This document shows, piece after piece, positions 8,368-15,921 of a stretch of DNA of 19,362 nt. This DNA comes from a virus (taxonomy: Duplodnaviria > Heunggongvirae > Uroviricota > Caudoviricetes). The DNA is taken from positions 1 through 19,362 of the IMG/VR virus record IMGVR_UViG_2695420739_000013, one strand, 5' to 3'. Numbering within the stretch: position 1 is the stretch's first letter; every line of letters begins with the position of its first letter. The position numbers and the translations under genes are program-made. Below the pieces are notes generated by a model that saw only the letters and a program-made list of their open reading frames with translations, was not told the DNA's origin and did no database searches.

Positions 8368-8381
8368 TTGAGAAAACTCAA
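8368..8381. promoter_or_regulatory. Operator-like palindrome TTGAGAAAACTCAA in the repressor/cro divergent intergenic region
   Basis: Seen in sequence: TTGAG-N4-CTCAA. Additional TTGAG half-sites at 8344 and 8355, and a TTGACT -35-like hexamer nearby. Confidence 0.35.
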
Positions 8382-8394
8382 CTTTGGAGGGGTG

Positions 8395-8622
8395 ATGTTT
8401 AAATCAGACGTAATTAATTTTTATGGGACGAAAGCCAAAGTAGCGAAAGCTGCTGGTGTTGATCCATCTGCTGTTTCTCAATGGGGGGAACTGGTTCCTG
8501 AAGGTCGCGCGATGCGCCTGCAAGAGGCATCCGGCGGGGAACTTCAGTACGACCCCAAAGTTTATGACGAATATCGTAAGGCAAAGCGGGCGGGGCGGTT
8601 GAACAATGAAAATCACCCCTGA
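8395..8622 (+). CDS. Cro-like regulator (DicC/YdaS family), divergent from the repressor
   Basis: ATG at 8395 with a GGAGGGG Shine-Dalgarno; the track ORF starts at TTG 8368. Small protein in the Cro position relative to the DicA-like gene. The family assignment is mostly positional. Confidence 0.7.
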   Translation: MFKSDVINFYGTKAKVAKAAGVDPSAVSQWGELVPEGRAMRLQEASGGELQYDPKVYDEYRKAKRAGRLNNENHP

Positions 8623-9157
8623 ACAGGTTTGTGAGGCTCTGGATGCCTGGGTATGCCGACCAGGAATGACACAGGAGCAGGCGACGATATTAATCACGGA
8701 AGCATTCTGGGCTCTGAAAGAACGCCCGAACATCGATGTTCAACGCGTCACGTTTAATGATGGCGAGGTTGATCAACGGGCGCTGGGCGTTAACCGGGTG
8801 AAGATATTCGAACGCTGGAAAGCTATCGACACCAGGGATAAGCGGAAAAAATTCACGGCGCTGATTCCGGCAATTATGGAGGCTATCCGAATTAGTGATT
8901 TCAGGCTGTATCGTGAGATCAGTGATGGAAAAAGCATTACGTACATGATCGCCGGATTAAACAAAGAATATGGCGATGTGGTGGAGTCCGGGCTGCTTTT
9001 TGCGGATCCAGCTGTTGTGGAACGTGAGACTGACGAGCTTATAGAAAAAGCTATTGCTTTCAAGCATGCGTATCGTCAGCAATATCAATATTACTTTGCA
9101 GATAAACAAATGTCTGCCAGGGGTTCGTATGAGTATCGATGCACTACGATGGGCTAA
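8606..9157 (+). CDS. YdaT-like prophage protein
   Basis: 183 aa immediately after the Cro-like gene. ..FTALIPAIMEAIRISDFR.. resembles the Rac YdaT segment I recall (..ALLPAILAIAPNDLR..). Low-certainty family call. Confidence 0.6.
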   Translation: MKITPEQVCEALDAWVCRPGMTQEQATILITEAFWALKERPNIDVQRVTFNDGEVDQRALGVNRVKIFERWKAIDTRDKRKKFTALIPAIMEAIRISDFRLYREISDGKSITYMIAGLNKEYGDVVESGLLFADPAVVERETDELIEKAIAFKHAYRQQYQYYFADKQMSARGSYEYRCTTMG

Positions 9158-10160
9158 AAAGGTGAAAACCGGCAGTTCATCCAGTAAGTCAGTATTGACC
9201 TGGCTTGCTGATATGTGCGGTGCCGATTTGTGTGCATACCCGTCTGTATCTGCCCTGGCAGAAGTAACGGAACTGAACAAAAAGACAGTGCAGGACAGCT
9301 TACGACACCTGATGGAGATTGGGTTAATTGTTGATACCGGTGAGAGAAAAGGCAGAACAAAGCAAATTGTGGTGTACCGACTTATCGGTGTAGAAGAAAG
9401 TGTTGCCGAGCCTGAATACACCCAAAAACGGGAGTCTTTAAAGGTGGGTAAAATTGGTGCTGTTAATAAAAACAGTACCGAAAATGGTTATGTTTCAGCA
9501 CAAAACAGACCCAAAAACGGAACTCTTAGCTGCATGGAAAATAACCAAAGACACCCAAATTTTCCATCAAAGACACCCAAAAACGGATCACGGAACCCAA
9601 AGGAACCCAAAGTTCTAAACCCCACACATAACGCACGCGAGAGTGCTCTGACCAGTGAGCAGGAAGTTTTGTCGTTACAGGCAGTATTCCTGGATGGCCT
9701 GAGAGAACCCATCGGAAAATTTCTGATGACCGATAGCTGGCATCCGTCGCGGGATTTTCGACGACGGGCTGCGTTGTGGGGGATGGCTTTGCCGGAGCCG
9801 GAATTTACACCTGCTGAACTTGCCGCATTCCGGGATTACTGGAGTGATGAGGGGAAAGTGTTTACGCAGATTCAGTGGGAGCAGAAATTCGCCCGTCACG
9901 TAAATCACGTCAGGGCGCAGGTTAAACCAGTCAGCAAGGGGGTGAACCATGCAGCAGCACCAGGGGGCACCGCATCACGGGCAGTTCAGGAAATTCGGGC
10001 AGCACGTGAGCAGTGGGAACGTGAAAACGGATTTATCCGCGACGGAAACGGCGTGGAAGCTGTGGGAACTCATGGGGGAGGTTTATTCGAACCGCTGGAC
10101 CCAGAAGAACGGGGCCGCACCTTCGAAGCTCTGGATTGCACAGATTGGTGCGATGACTGA
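9129..10160 (+). CDS. Replication initiation protein (lambda O-like N-terminal HTH, DnaT-like C-terminal region)
   Basis: Likely start MSIDALRWAKK at 9129; the track ORF starts at 9054 inside the upstream gene. N-terminal winged HTH (..SVSALAEVTELNKKTVQDSLRHLMEIGLI..). Iteron-like repeats lie inside the gene. Confidence 0.75.
   Translation: MSIDALRWAKKVKTGSSSSKSVLTWLADMCGADLCAYPSVSALAEVTELNKKTVQDSLRHLMEIGLIVDTGERKGRTKQIVVYRLIGVEESVAEPEYTQKRESLKVGKIGAVNKNSTENGYVSAQNRPKNGTLSCMENNQRHPNFPSKTPKNGSRNPKEPKVLNPTHNARESALTSEQEVLSLQAVFLDGLREPIGKFLMTDSWHPSRDFRRRAALWGMALPEPEFTPAELAAFRDYWSDEGKVFTQIQWEQKFARHVNHVRAQVKPVSKGVNHAAAPGGTASRAVQEIRAAREQWERENGFIRDGNGVEAVGTHGGGLFEPLDPEERGRTFEALDCTDWCDD
9421..9615 (+). 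repeat. Iteron-like direct repeats (ACCCAAAAACGG and variants, at least 5 copies) inside the replication-initiator gene; putative phage origin
   Basis: Seen in sequence: cccaaaaacgg (9421), acccaaaaacgg (9511), gacacccaaa (9551), gacacccaaaaacgg (9572), aacccaaagg and aacccaaag (9594-9613). Confidence 0.4.
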
Positions 10161-10614
10161 GCAGCAAATCCGACAGGTCTGCCGCCAGTGCATGGACCGC
10201 TGCCGGGAGGGTGAAACATGGCCTCCGGACCTGGCTGAGTTTGTGGCACTGATTTCGGAAAGCGGAGCCAATCCATTCGGTCTGACGGTGGATGCTGTGA
10301 TGGAGGAGTACCGCCGCTGGCGCAATGAGTCCTGGCGATACGACGGAAGTGATAAGTACCCGTGGTCTCAGCCTGTGCTGTATCACATTTGCCTCGAGAT
10401 GCGTTCAAAGGGGGTTGAGCGCCAGATGACCGAAGGGGAATTAAAACGGCTTGCAGAACGGCAGCTGACGAAATGGGCAAAGCATGTTAGTAACGGCCTG
10501 AGCGTTCCGCCAGTCCGGCGACAACTGGCGGCACCCAAACGCCCGTCGGGGCCAACGCCAATTGAGTTGCTGAAACAGGAATATGAACGCCGGAAAGCGG
10601 CTGGGCTTGTTTGA
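9949..10614 (+). CDS. Replication protein P-like (helicase-loader family); start uncertain (9949 or a downstream Met such as 10153)
   Basis: The C-terminal half (..PPDLAEFVALI.., ..YDGSDKYPWSQPVLYHIC.., ..EGELKRLAERQL..) parallels lambda P (..SPGQFVAWC.., ..YPDAESYPWKS.., ..DAELRRKAADEL..). The 5' ~210 bp overlap the O-like gene in another frame. Confidence 0.65.
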   Translation: MQQHQGAPHHGQFRKFGQHVSSGNVKTDLSATETAWKLWELMGEVYSNRWTQKNGAAPSKLWIAQIGAMTEQQIRQVCRQCMDRCREGETWPPDLAEFVALISESGANPFGLTVDAVMEEYRRWRNESWRYDGSDKYPWSQPVLYHICLEMRSKGVERQMTEGELKRLAERQLTKWAKHVSNGLSVPPVRRQLAAPKRPSGPTPIELLKQEYERRKAAGLV

Positions 10615-10720
10615 GTTGAGAAGTAATTTTTACCGGGAGGAAATTTATGGAGACTGTTTTTGACGCACTGAAAGCAATGGGAAAAGCCACATCCATAGAA
10701 CTTGCTGCGCGCGTGAAGAA

Positions 10721-10921
10721 GTGCTGAACGAACTATGGGAACTGAAAAAGGCTGGTTTTGTTGATAAAAGCGCGTACACCTGGCGTGTGGCTGATAACAA
10801 CGTTCAGCAGGAACAGCCAGCGCAGGCAGAACTGCCGGAAGAAACCACCACAATGAGTGAAGTTATGCAGCGCATACTGGCATTTTATCAGGGAAATGTT
10901 CGATATTTTAGACGTTACTAG
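10721..10921 (+). CDS. Hypothetical winged-helix-like small protein; possibly the 3' part of a frameshifted gene beginning at ATG 10647
   Basis: A 26-codon ORF (10647-10727, good GGGAGG Shine-Dalgarno) and this GTG-initiated ORF lie in different frames and join into one plausible ~92-aa protein across a -1 shift at 10719-10723. Confidence 0.35.
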   Translation: MLNELWELKKAGFVDKSAYTWRVADNNVQQEQPAQAELPEETTTMSEVMQRILAFYQGNVRYFRRY

Positions 10922-11289
10922 ATTAAAGAGCATTAGTTCAGATGTGAATTGACATTGTGTGGCACAGGGTTGGGCTAGCGTGGGGGTTTGCTTTGTGTAA
11001 GAAACGGATGCTCTGCAAATTACTACTAATGCTTAATGTTAGTCTGATCTGCTCCCCGATGATTAATACACCGCTATGTTAGTAATGTCTGTAGATCGCT
11101 GTGTGTTGCATCCATCGGTTGACCCCACAGTCCAAACCAGACTGTCAGCTTTGATTCGATTCTATCTACTCAACCTGTCAGGTAATGTCTGAGCTAATAC
11201 ACAGAGTACGGCTATCGCGAACTTTAAGCTAGGTATCTGATACGCACCGTTCACTTGTTTGTACTTCTTGCACTGACTAGCTATCGTGC

Positions 11290-11322
11290 GCAGTTATTTA
11301 TAGGTAATCTCCAGTGTATAAT
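11290..11322 (+). promoter_or_regulatory. Candidate sigma70 promoter for the 281-aa island gene
   Basis: TATAAT at 11317-11322 with a weak -35 about 17 bp upstream, then AGGAGG and ATG at 11361. Pattern-based only. Confidence 0.3.
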
Positions 11323-11360
11323 TTTCCAACTTATGGGAGATTGTAAAACAGGAGGAATAT

Positions 11361-12206
11361 ATGAGGAAAAAATCGTTTGGACGTTGCCCGTTTGATTTCG
11401 ACGAAGATGTAAAAAAAATAGCCGCGATAAATAAATATATCCATGCGAAATTTGAGAGGCATAAAAATAAAATAGATAACCTAAAGGGGGTGGAACAAAA
11501 ATTGATGGTTTTACATTACTTTAATGTACTGAATGAACTTAGTAATCAGGCTATATTTTCTTTGAGTACCGGAGCCTTTTCAGCATCGGAAGTATTAACT
11601 AGAGTTATAATGGAACAGGCTGCCAATCAATTTTATATAGCAATTGATGATGGAAAAAATGCACAAGCATTACTCAAGGGTAGTAAGAAATTAGTTCATA
11701 GTAATGGGAAACGGTGGCTGGAGTGTTTAAAATCCAAAGAAATGACTAATCCAGCAGCAGATGAAAGGATTCGTATCGGAAAAGAGCTAACTGATATGTT
11801 TAATAGATTGTGGCCAAATACACCTGAATATCCTGGAACCAAAAAGCTTTTCGAAGTAATTGGCTGGGAAACACACTATCATGCCTATTACGTCCCTCTT
11901 TGTGATTCAATACATACATTCTCTGATGATATGGCAAATATAGTATCTCTATATAATGCAATCCAAAGCGATAAAACTACTGCTATCGAACTCACTCTTG
12001 CAGTTAAACAAGAAAATAAACGGCTGGCAATTTATAATGTCGTAATTGCTATTGGCCTGCGGTGTGAGGCCTTAGTAAATGTATTTAACTCTTTAGGTTA
12101 TCGAGATATTATAACTGAAATGGCGCCAACAATAGATGCAGTCAACCAGATTATAATTCGATATGATGATTTCGAACATTCCAGAATTTTTATTGTCAAT
12201 AATTAA
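11361..12206 (+). CDS. Hypothetical protein (281 aa), no recognisable catalytic motif; first gene of the AT-rich accessory island
   Basis: Long ORF with a perfect AGGAGG Shine-Dalgarno 7 nt upstream. Visibly AT-rich and Lys/Asn/Ile-rich, contrasting with the flanking prophage genes. Confidence 0.75.
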   Translation: MRKKSFGRCPFDFDEDVKKIAAINKYIHAKFERHKNKIDNLKGVEQKLMVLHYFNVLNELSNQAIFSLSTGAFSASEVLTRVIMEQAANQFYIAIDDGKNAQALLKGSKKLVHSNGKRWLECLKSKEMTNPAADERIRIGKELTDMFNRLWPNTPEYPGTKKLFEVIGWETHYHAYYVPLCDSIHTFSDDMANIVSLYNAIQSDKTTAIELTLAVKQENKRLAIYNVVIAIGLRCEALVNVFNSLGYRDIITEMAPTIDAVNQIIIRYDDFEHSRIFIVNN

Positions 12207-12259
12207 TTGGCAGAATTCGTACATGCACAACAACTAGTTATAGTTGACCTATTTCGCTC

Positions 12260-12828
12260 TTGAGAGACAACCATACTCAAATCTTCCACATTGCAGGAGA
12301 TTTGAGTATGAATACGTCACCGAGGAACAAAGACAGTATCATAGGCCCAAAAAGACCACTTCAGATATCTCATATCTGGGGGCTCCAAATCCGGCTTGAA
12401 CTGGAAGGTAAAACGCGTGATTTAGCTCGGTTTCAAGCAGAGCTACGGTGCTGCAACTGAAAAACTGGCAGTCCTATCCAATTTGAGATAACCAAAGGGA
12501 CAAGAGAAGCTGTTTCTGCATTGATAAAGCTTGGCAATTTACGCAGTAAAGACTACTTGTTCCGATCTCGGGTCGGTACTAACCAACACATATCAATCCT
12601 GCAATATAACCGAATCTTTCATAGGGGGGAGAAAAGCTTGGTCTCGAAGATTCGCTTTACAGCACACATTCCATGAGAAGAACAAAACCTTGCCTTGTCT
12701 GCAAGAAAACTAAGAATCTCCGGGTGATCCAACTTCCGTTGGGCCATAAGAAAACGGAAAGCACAGTTCGTTATCTGGGTATAGAAGTTGATGATGCATT
12801 AGAGATCTCTGAATCGATCGAAGTCTAA
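12260..12828 (+). pseudogene. Decayed tyrosine recombinase/integrase: C-terminal catalytic domain only, with an in-frame TGA and a frameshift
   Basis: The stitched translation ..KTGSPIQFEITKGTREAVSAL..DYLFRSRVGTNQHISILQYNRIFHRG/GEKLGLEDSLYSTHSMRRTKP..LGHKKTESTVRYLGIEVDDAL.. carries the H-x-x-R and LLGH...Y motifs of tyrosine recombinases. Stop at 12458-12460; frame change within a G6 run at 12624-12629; no N-terminal domain. Confidence 0.6.
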
Positions 12829-13240
12829 AGCTGTCAGGGCTGCAGCAGCAGCCCTGTGCCAAGAGCGTACCAATATATGTCTCAAAAAATTGGGCACAGG
12901 TCAATATCAATACCAACAACTCTGATTGTGCTCATGTGATTTACTCCTGTAGAAAACGCAGACAGTAAAAATATTTCACTGGCTGCTTCAGACAGGGCGT
13001 CCATCATATCATTACATAACAATAGCGGGGCACGATATCTAGACATGCAGCAACGATGGACATAGAATGAGTACAATCAAAAGCATGTTTAACTACTTTA
13101 ATTTAAAAATCTTAGAATCTTAGGTGTAGAGTTCAATACTTAGTTACATACCCTTTTGAAAGCATCACAAATCATAACTATGAGCCTGTTAAAGGCATAG
13201 GTATTCTTAATTAAGAGCATTTTAATGAGAGAAAAATAAA

Positions 13241-14614
13241 ATGAAAAGACTATATTATACCCATCATGATAGTCGAACCTTAAAACTTGCTATAGAAGGT
13301 GATGTTTCTGATAATGCGAATATTTTTACAGTAATTGTAGGTAAAAATGGCGTTGGAAAAAGCAGATTGTTATCTCAGATTGCTAAAGACTGTATTCAAG
13401 ATGTTCATTTCTTGAAAACTTTTAATCCATTATTTGACAGAGAAATAACACCAAAGTTAATTGCCGTATCTACCAGCCCATTCGATAAATTCCCTCCAGG
13501 GCGTAGGTCATTAAATCACCAAAGGAAAGAAAATAATTATCGCTATGTGGGTATGCGTGGAGAAGGCCCCTTCGGCGTATCAAATGCCGTATCCCTTTTA
13601 TCTTCAGCAGCGAGAGGTTGGCTAGAGAAACTTGCTTATTCAGAAAATCCTGCAAATTTACTCGATGTTTTTCATTCTATTGATTTTGAGCCCCATATAG
13701 AGTTTGTATTTAAACCAACTTACAACGGACCGGACACTCCTGACTATAACTTCATTGGTGTATATTCAGATGAGATATTAACGGAAGTTAAGGAGTTATA
13801 TTTAAAATACAATATAAAAATTGACAGGAAGAATATTGAGAGTCTCTTAAAGTTAAACTCCGAATCACGTCATGATATTTACGAAGCACTGGTTGAAATT
13901 AATCGATTTGAACCTGAACGTAGGGCTGTAACCTTGTCAGTCGATTTTACCAATGGTGAAACATTGGTTGGCTCGACTTATGCGAATAATTATTTTTCTA
14001 GATCAATTCTTAAACTTATGAACGCTGGCTTCATGAGATTGATGGATATGCGACTCATAAAAAAAAGCTATGGTCCCATGTCACTTAAACGTGCGAGCTC
14101 GGGAGAACAATGTTTATTAGTGATGTTGCTTGGAATTGCAGGGCATATAACTGATGGTTCTATAATATTAATTGATGAACCGGAAATAAGCTTGCATCCT
14201 CGATGGCAGGAAGAGTTTATCATTATGTTAACAAAAGCATTTTTAACTTACTCAGGTTGTCAATTCATAATTGCAACTCATTCACCACAAATAATATCCA
14301 ATTTGCCGAATAAAGGTTGTTATATAACATCTTTGTCGAAAAGTTATCTTTATAAAGCAAAATACTTTAGCAACCGGTCTGCAGACTATCAACTTGCGGA
14401 ACTATTTGATGCCCCTGGCATTATGAATGAATACATTGCCAGGTTAGCTTTCAATTTACTTTCAAAAGTTAAGACTGCTAAGTTAGTAACAGATGATAAT
14501 TGGCGTGAATTAAAACAACTCCAACTTCTCCTTGAAAACGTTAATAGTAATGACCCTATTAATGAACTCGTAAATTCCGTATCTCAGGTGTGTGAAATTT
14601 ATGCCAAAAATTAA
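13241..14614 (+). CDS. ABC-type (AAA_15/AAA_21-like) ATPase, Septu PtuA-like
   Basis: 457 aa. Walker A GKNGVGKS (residues 34-41), ABC-signature-like SSGEQ, Walker B IILIDEPE, D-loop SLHP, H-loop ATHSP. AT-rich. Its 3' end overlaps the following HNH gene. Confidence 0.85.
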   Translation: MKRLYYTHHDSRTLKLAIEGDVSDNANIFTVIVGKNGVGKSRLLSQIAKDCIQDVHFLKTFNPLFDREITPKLIAVSTSPFDKFPPGRRSLNHQRKENNYRYVGMRGEGPFGVSNAVSLLSSAARGWLEKLAYSENPANLLDVFHSIDFEPHIEFVFKPTYNGPDTPDYNFIGVYSDEILTEVKELYLKYNIKIDRKNIESLLKLNSESRHDIYEALVEINRFEPERRAVTLSVDFTNGETLVGSTYANNYFSRSILKLMNAGFMRLMDMRLIKKSYGPMSLKRASSGEQCLLVMLLGIAGHITDGSIILIDEPEISLHPRWQEEFIIMLTKAFLTYSGCQFIIATHSPQIISNLPNKGCYITSLSKSYLYKAKYFSNRSADYQLAELFDAPGIMNEYIARLAFNLLSKVKTAKLVTDDNWRELKQLQLLLENVNSNDPINELVNSVSQVCEIYAKN

Positions 14615-15236
14615 AAATCCAATTAGATTCAGCGCAGAGTCATTAGATATTATTGAGAAAAAATTGTCTTCTCCAGATTTTAAGCATACCAACTGGGGAG
14701 ATGATGATTTGCAAGTTCTCCGTGCAGAAATTAGAAATCATTACAGAGAAGAACAAAAGCTAGAATGTGTATATTGTCATGAGCCTATTGGGGTAAGAGC
14801 TGCACAAGCTGCTCCTATAGAGCATATTGTGCCAAAATCTCAATATCTATGTTTTATTTTTGAACCTAAGAATCTATGTGTAGTATGTCCTGACTGCAAT
14901 GAATTCAAAGGTAAAAATGAAGTGTTATTTGAACCCGTAATAAATGGGGGGCGGCGCAAAAACTATCCAACTGCATCTGCATCATTTCGCATCGTTCATC
15001 CACATATAGATGATTATGAGATGCATATTATAAAAGCAAATCGTGTTTATGTGGACAAAACACCTAAAGGGCACTATACCATTGGAATATGTAAACTAAA
15101 TAGATTTTTTCATTATTTTGGGATGTGTGATGAATTTGTTAATGATGCAAAAATTGCTGAGACAAATGAAAATTTTTTCAAAAAAGGTAGTATTACTACT
15201 AATGAATTATTGGATGATGACATTCATTTGATTTAA
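14601..15236 (+). CDS. HNH endonuclease, Septu PtuB-like
   Basis: ATG at 14601 (track ORF from GTG 14592) overlaps the ATPase gene by 14 bp. HNH-type motifs CVYCH...EHIVPKS...CVVCPDCN (two CxxC pairs flanking the catalytic His). Confidence 0.85.
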   Translation: MPKIKNPIRFSAESLDIIEKKLSSPDFKHTNWGDDDLQVLRAEIRNHYREEQKLECVYCHEPIGVRAAQAAPIEHIVPKSQYLCFIFEPKNLCVVCPDCNEFKGKNEVLFEPVINGGRRKNYPTASASFRIVHPHIDDYEMHIIKANRVYVDKTPKGHYTIGICKLNRFFHYFGMCDEFVNDAKIAETNENFFKKGSITTNELLDDDIHLI

Positions 15237-15549
15237 CTATGAATTATTATATTGTAAAGTAATCAGGTAAGATATGTTAGACAGTGAGACTATTGCCTTA
15301 CAGAATTCATTATTCTTATGGATCGCCTTTCTGACTGATTTCATATTGGCGGGGTAACGGGAGTTAAGTAGAATGGCTGCGGGTGCTTGAGGCTATCTGT
15401 CTCAGGCATGAACACCAAAGGCAGATAGAGAAAAGCCCCAGTTAACATTACGCGTCCTGCAAGACGCTTAACATTAATCTGAGGCCAATTTCATGCTAGA
15501 CACATGTAGGTTAGCCTCTTACGTGCCGGAAGGCAAGGAGAAGCAGGCT

Positions 15550-15705
15550 ATGAAGCAGCAAAAGGCGATGTTAATCGCCCTGATCGTCATCTGTTTAACC
15601 GTCATAGTGACGACACTGGTAACGAGGAAAGACCTCTGCGAGGTACGAATCCGAACCGGCCAGACGGAGGTCGCTGTCTTCACAGCTTACGAACCTGAGG
15701 AGTAA
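15550..15705 (+). CDS. hokD: Hok/Gef-family type I toxin (HokD/RelF-like), 51 aa
   Basis: MKQQKAMLIALIVICLTVIVTTLVTRKDLCEVRIRTGQTEVAVFTAYEPEE matches K-12 HokD as I recall it, differing at about one residue. The in-frame upstream extension from 15493 is what the ORF track reports as 70 aa. Confidence 0.85.
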   Translation: MKQQKAMLIALIVICLTVIVTTLVTRKDLCEVRIRTGQTEVAVFTAYEPEE

Positions 15706-15774
15706 GAGACCCGGCGAGGGAGAAATCCCTCGCCACCTCTGATGTGGCAGGCATCCTCAACGCACCCGCACTTA

Positions 15775-15805
15775 ACCCGCTTCGGCGGGTTTTTGTTTTT
15801 ATTTT
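15775..15805 (+). terminator. Rho-independent terminator downstream of hok
   Basis: Seen in sequence: CCCGC-ttcg-GCGGG followed by TTTTTGTTTTTATTTT. Confidence 0.5.
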
Positions 15806-15921
15806 CAACGCGTTTGAAGTTCTGGACGGCGCCGGAATAGAATCAAAAATACTTAAGTAGCGCGCAGGGATAAGAGGGATGGTCCCTTAAAGGGGAGAGC
15901 TAATTATCCGGAAGGATTCTG

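Noticed and set aside
8404-9421. Minus-strand ORFs (109, 96, 154 and 68 aa) opposite the Cro-like, YdaT-like and O-like genes
   Set aside because: Antisense to the coherent plus-strand early operon; no start-site signals.
9488-10933. Multiple minus-strand ORFs (66-156 aa) opposite the O-like and P-like genes
   Set aside because: The region is GC-rich, which produces long open frames by chance, and the plus-strand genes show family-specific motifs.
11361-12206. Possible reverse transcriptase or retron, prompted by a YDD tripeptide near the C-terminus and the ORF-free 440 bp upstream
   Set aside because: No other RT motifs are present (no QG...SP motif B, no motif A context) and the protein is too short, so an isolated YDD is not evidence of an RT.
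12531-13076. Short ORFs (60-69 aa) on both strands around the recombinase remnant
   Set aside because: They are alternative-frame readings of the decayed recombinase or its antisense strand. A 17-codon minus-strand ORF with an AGGAG site (ending near 12883) was noted but is too short to call.
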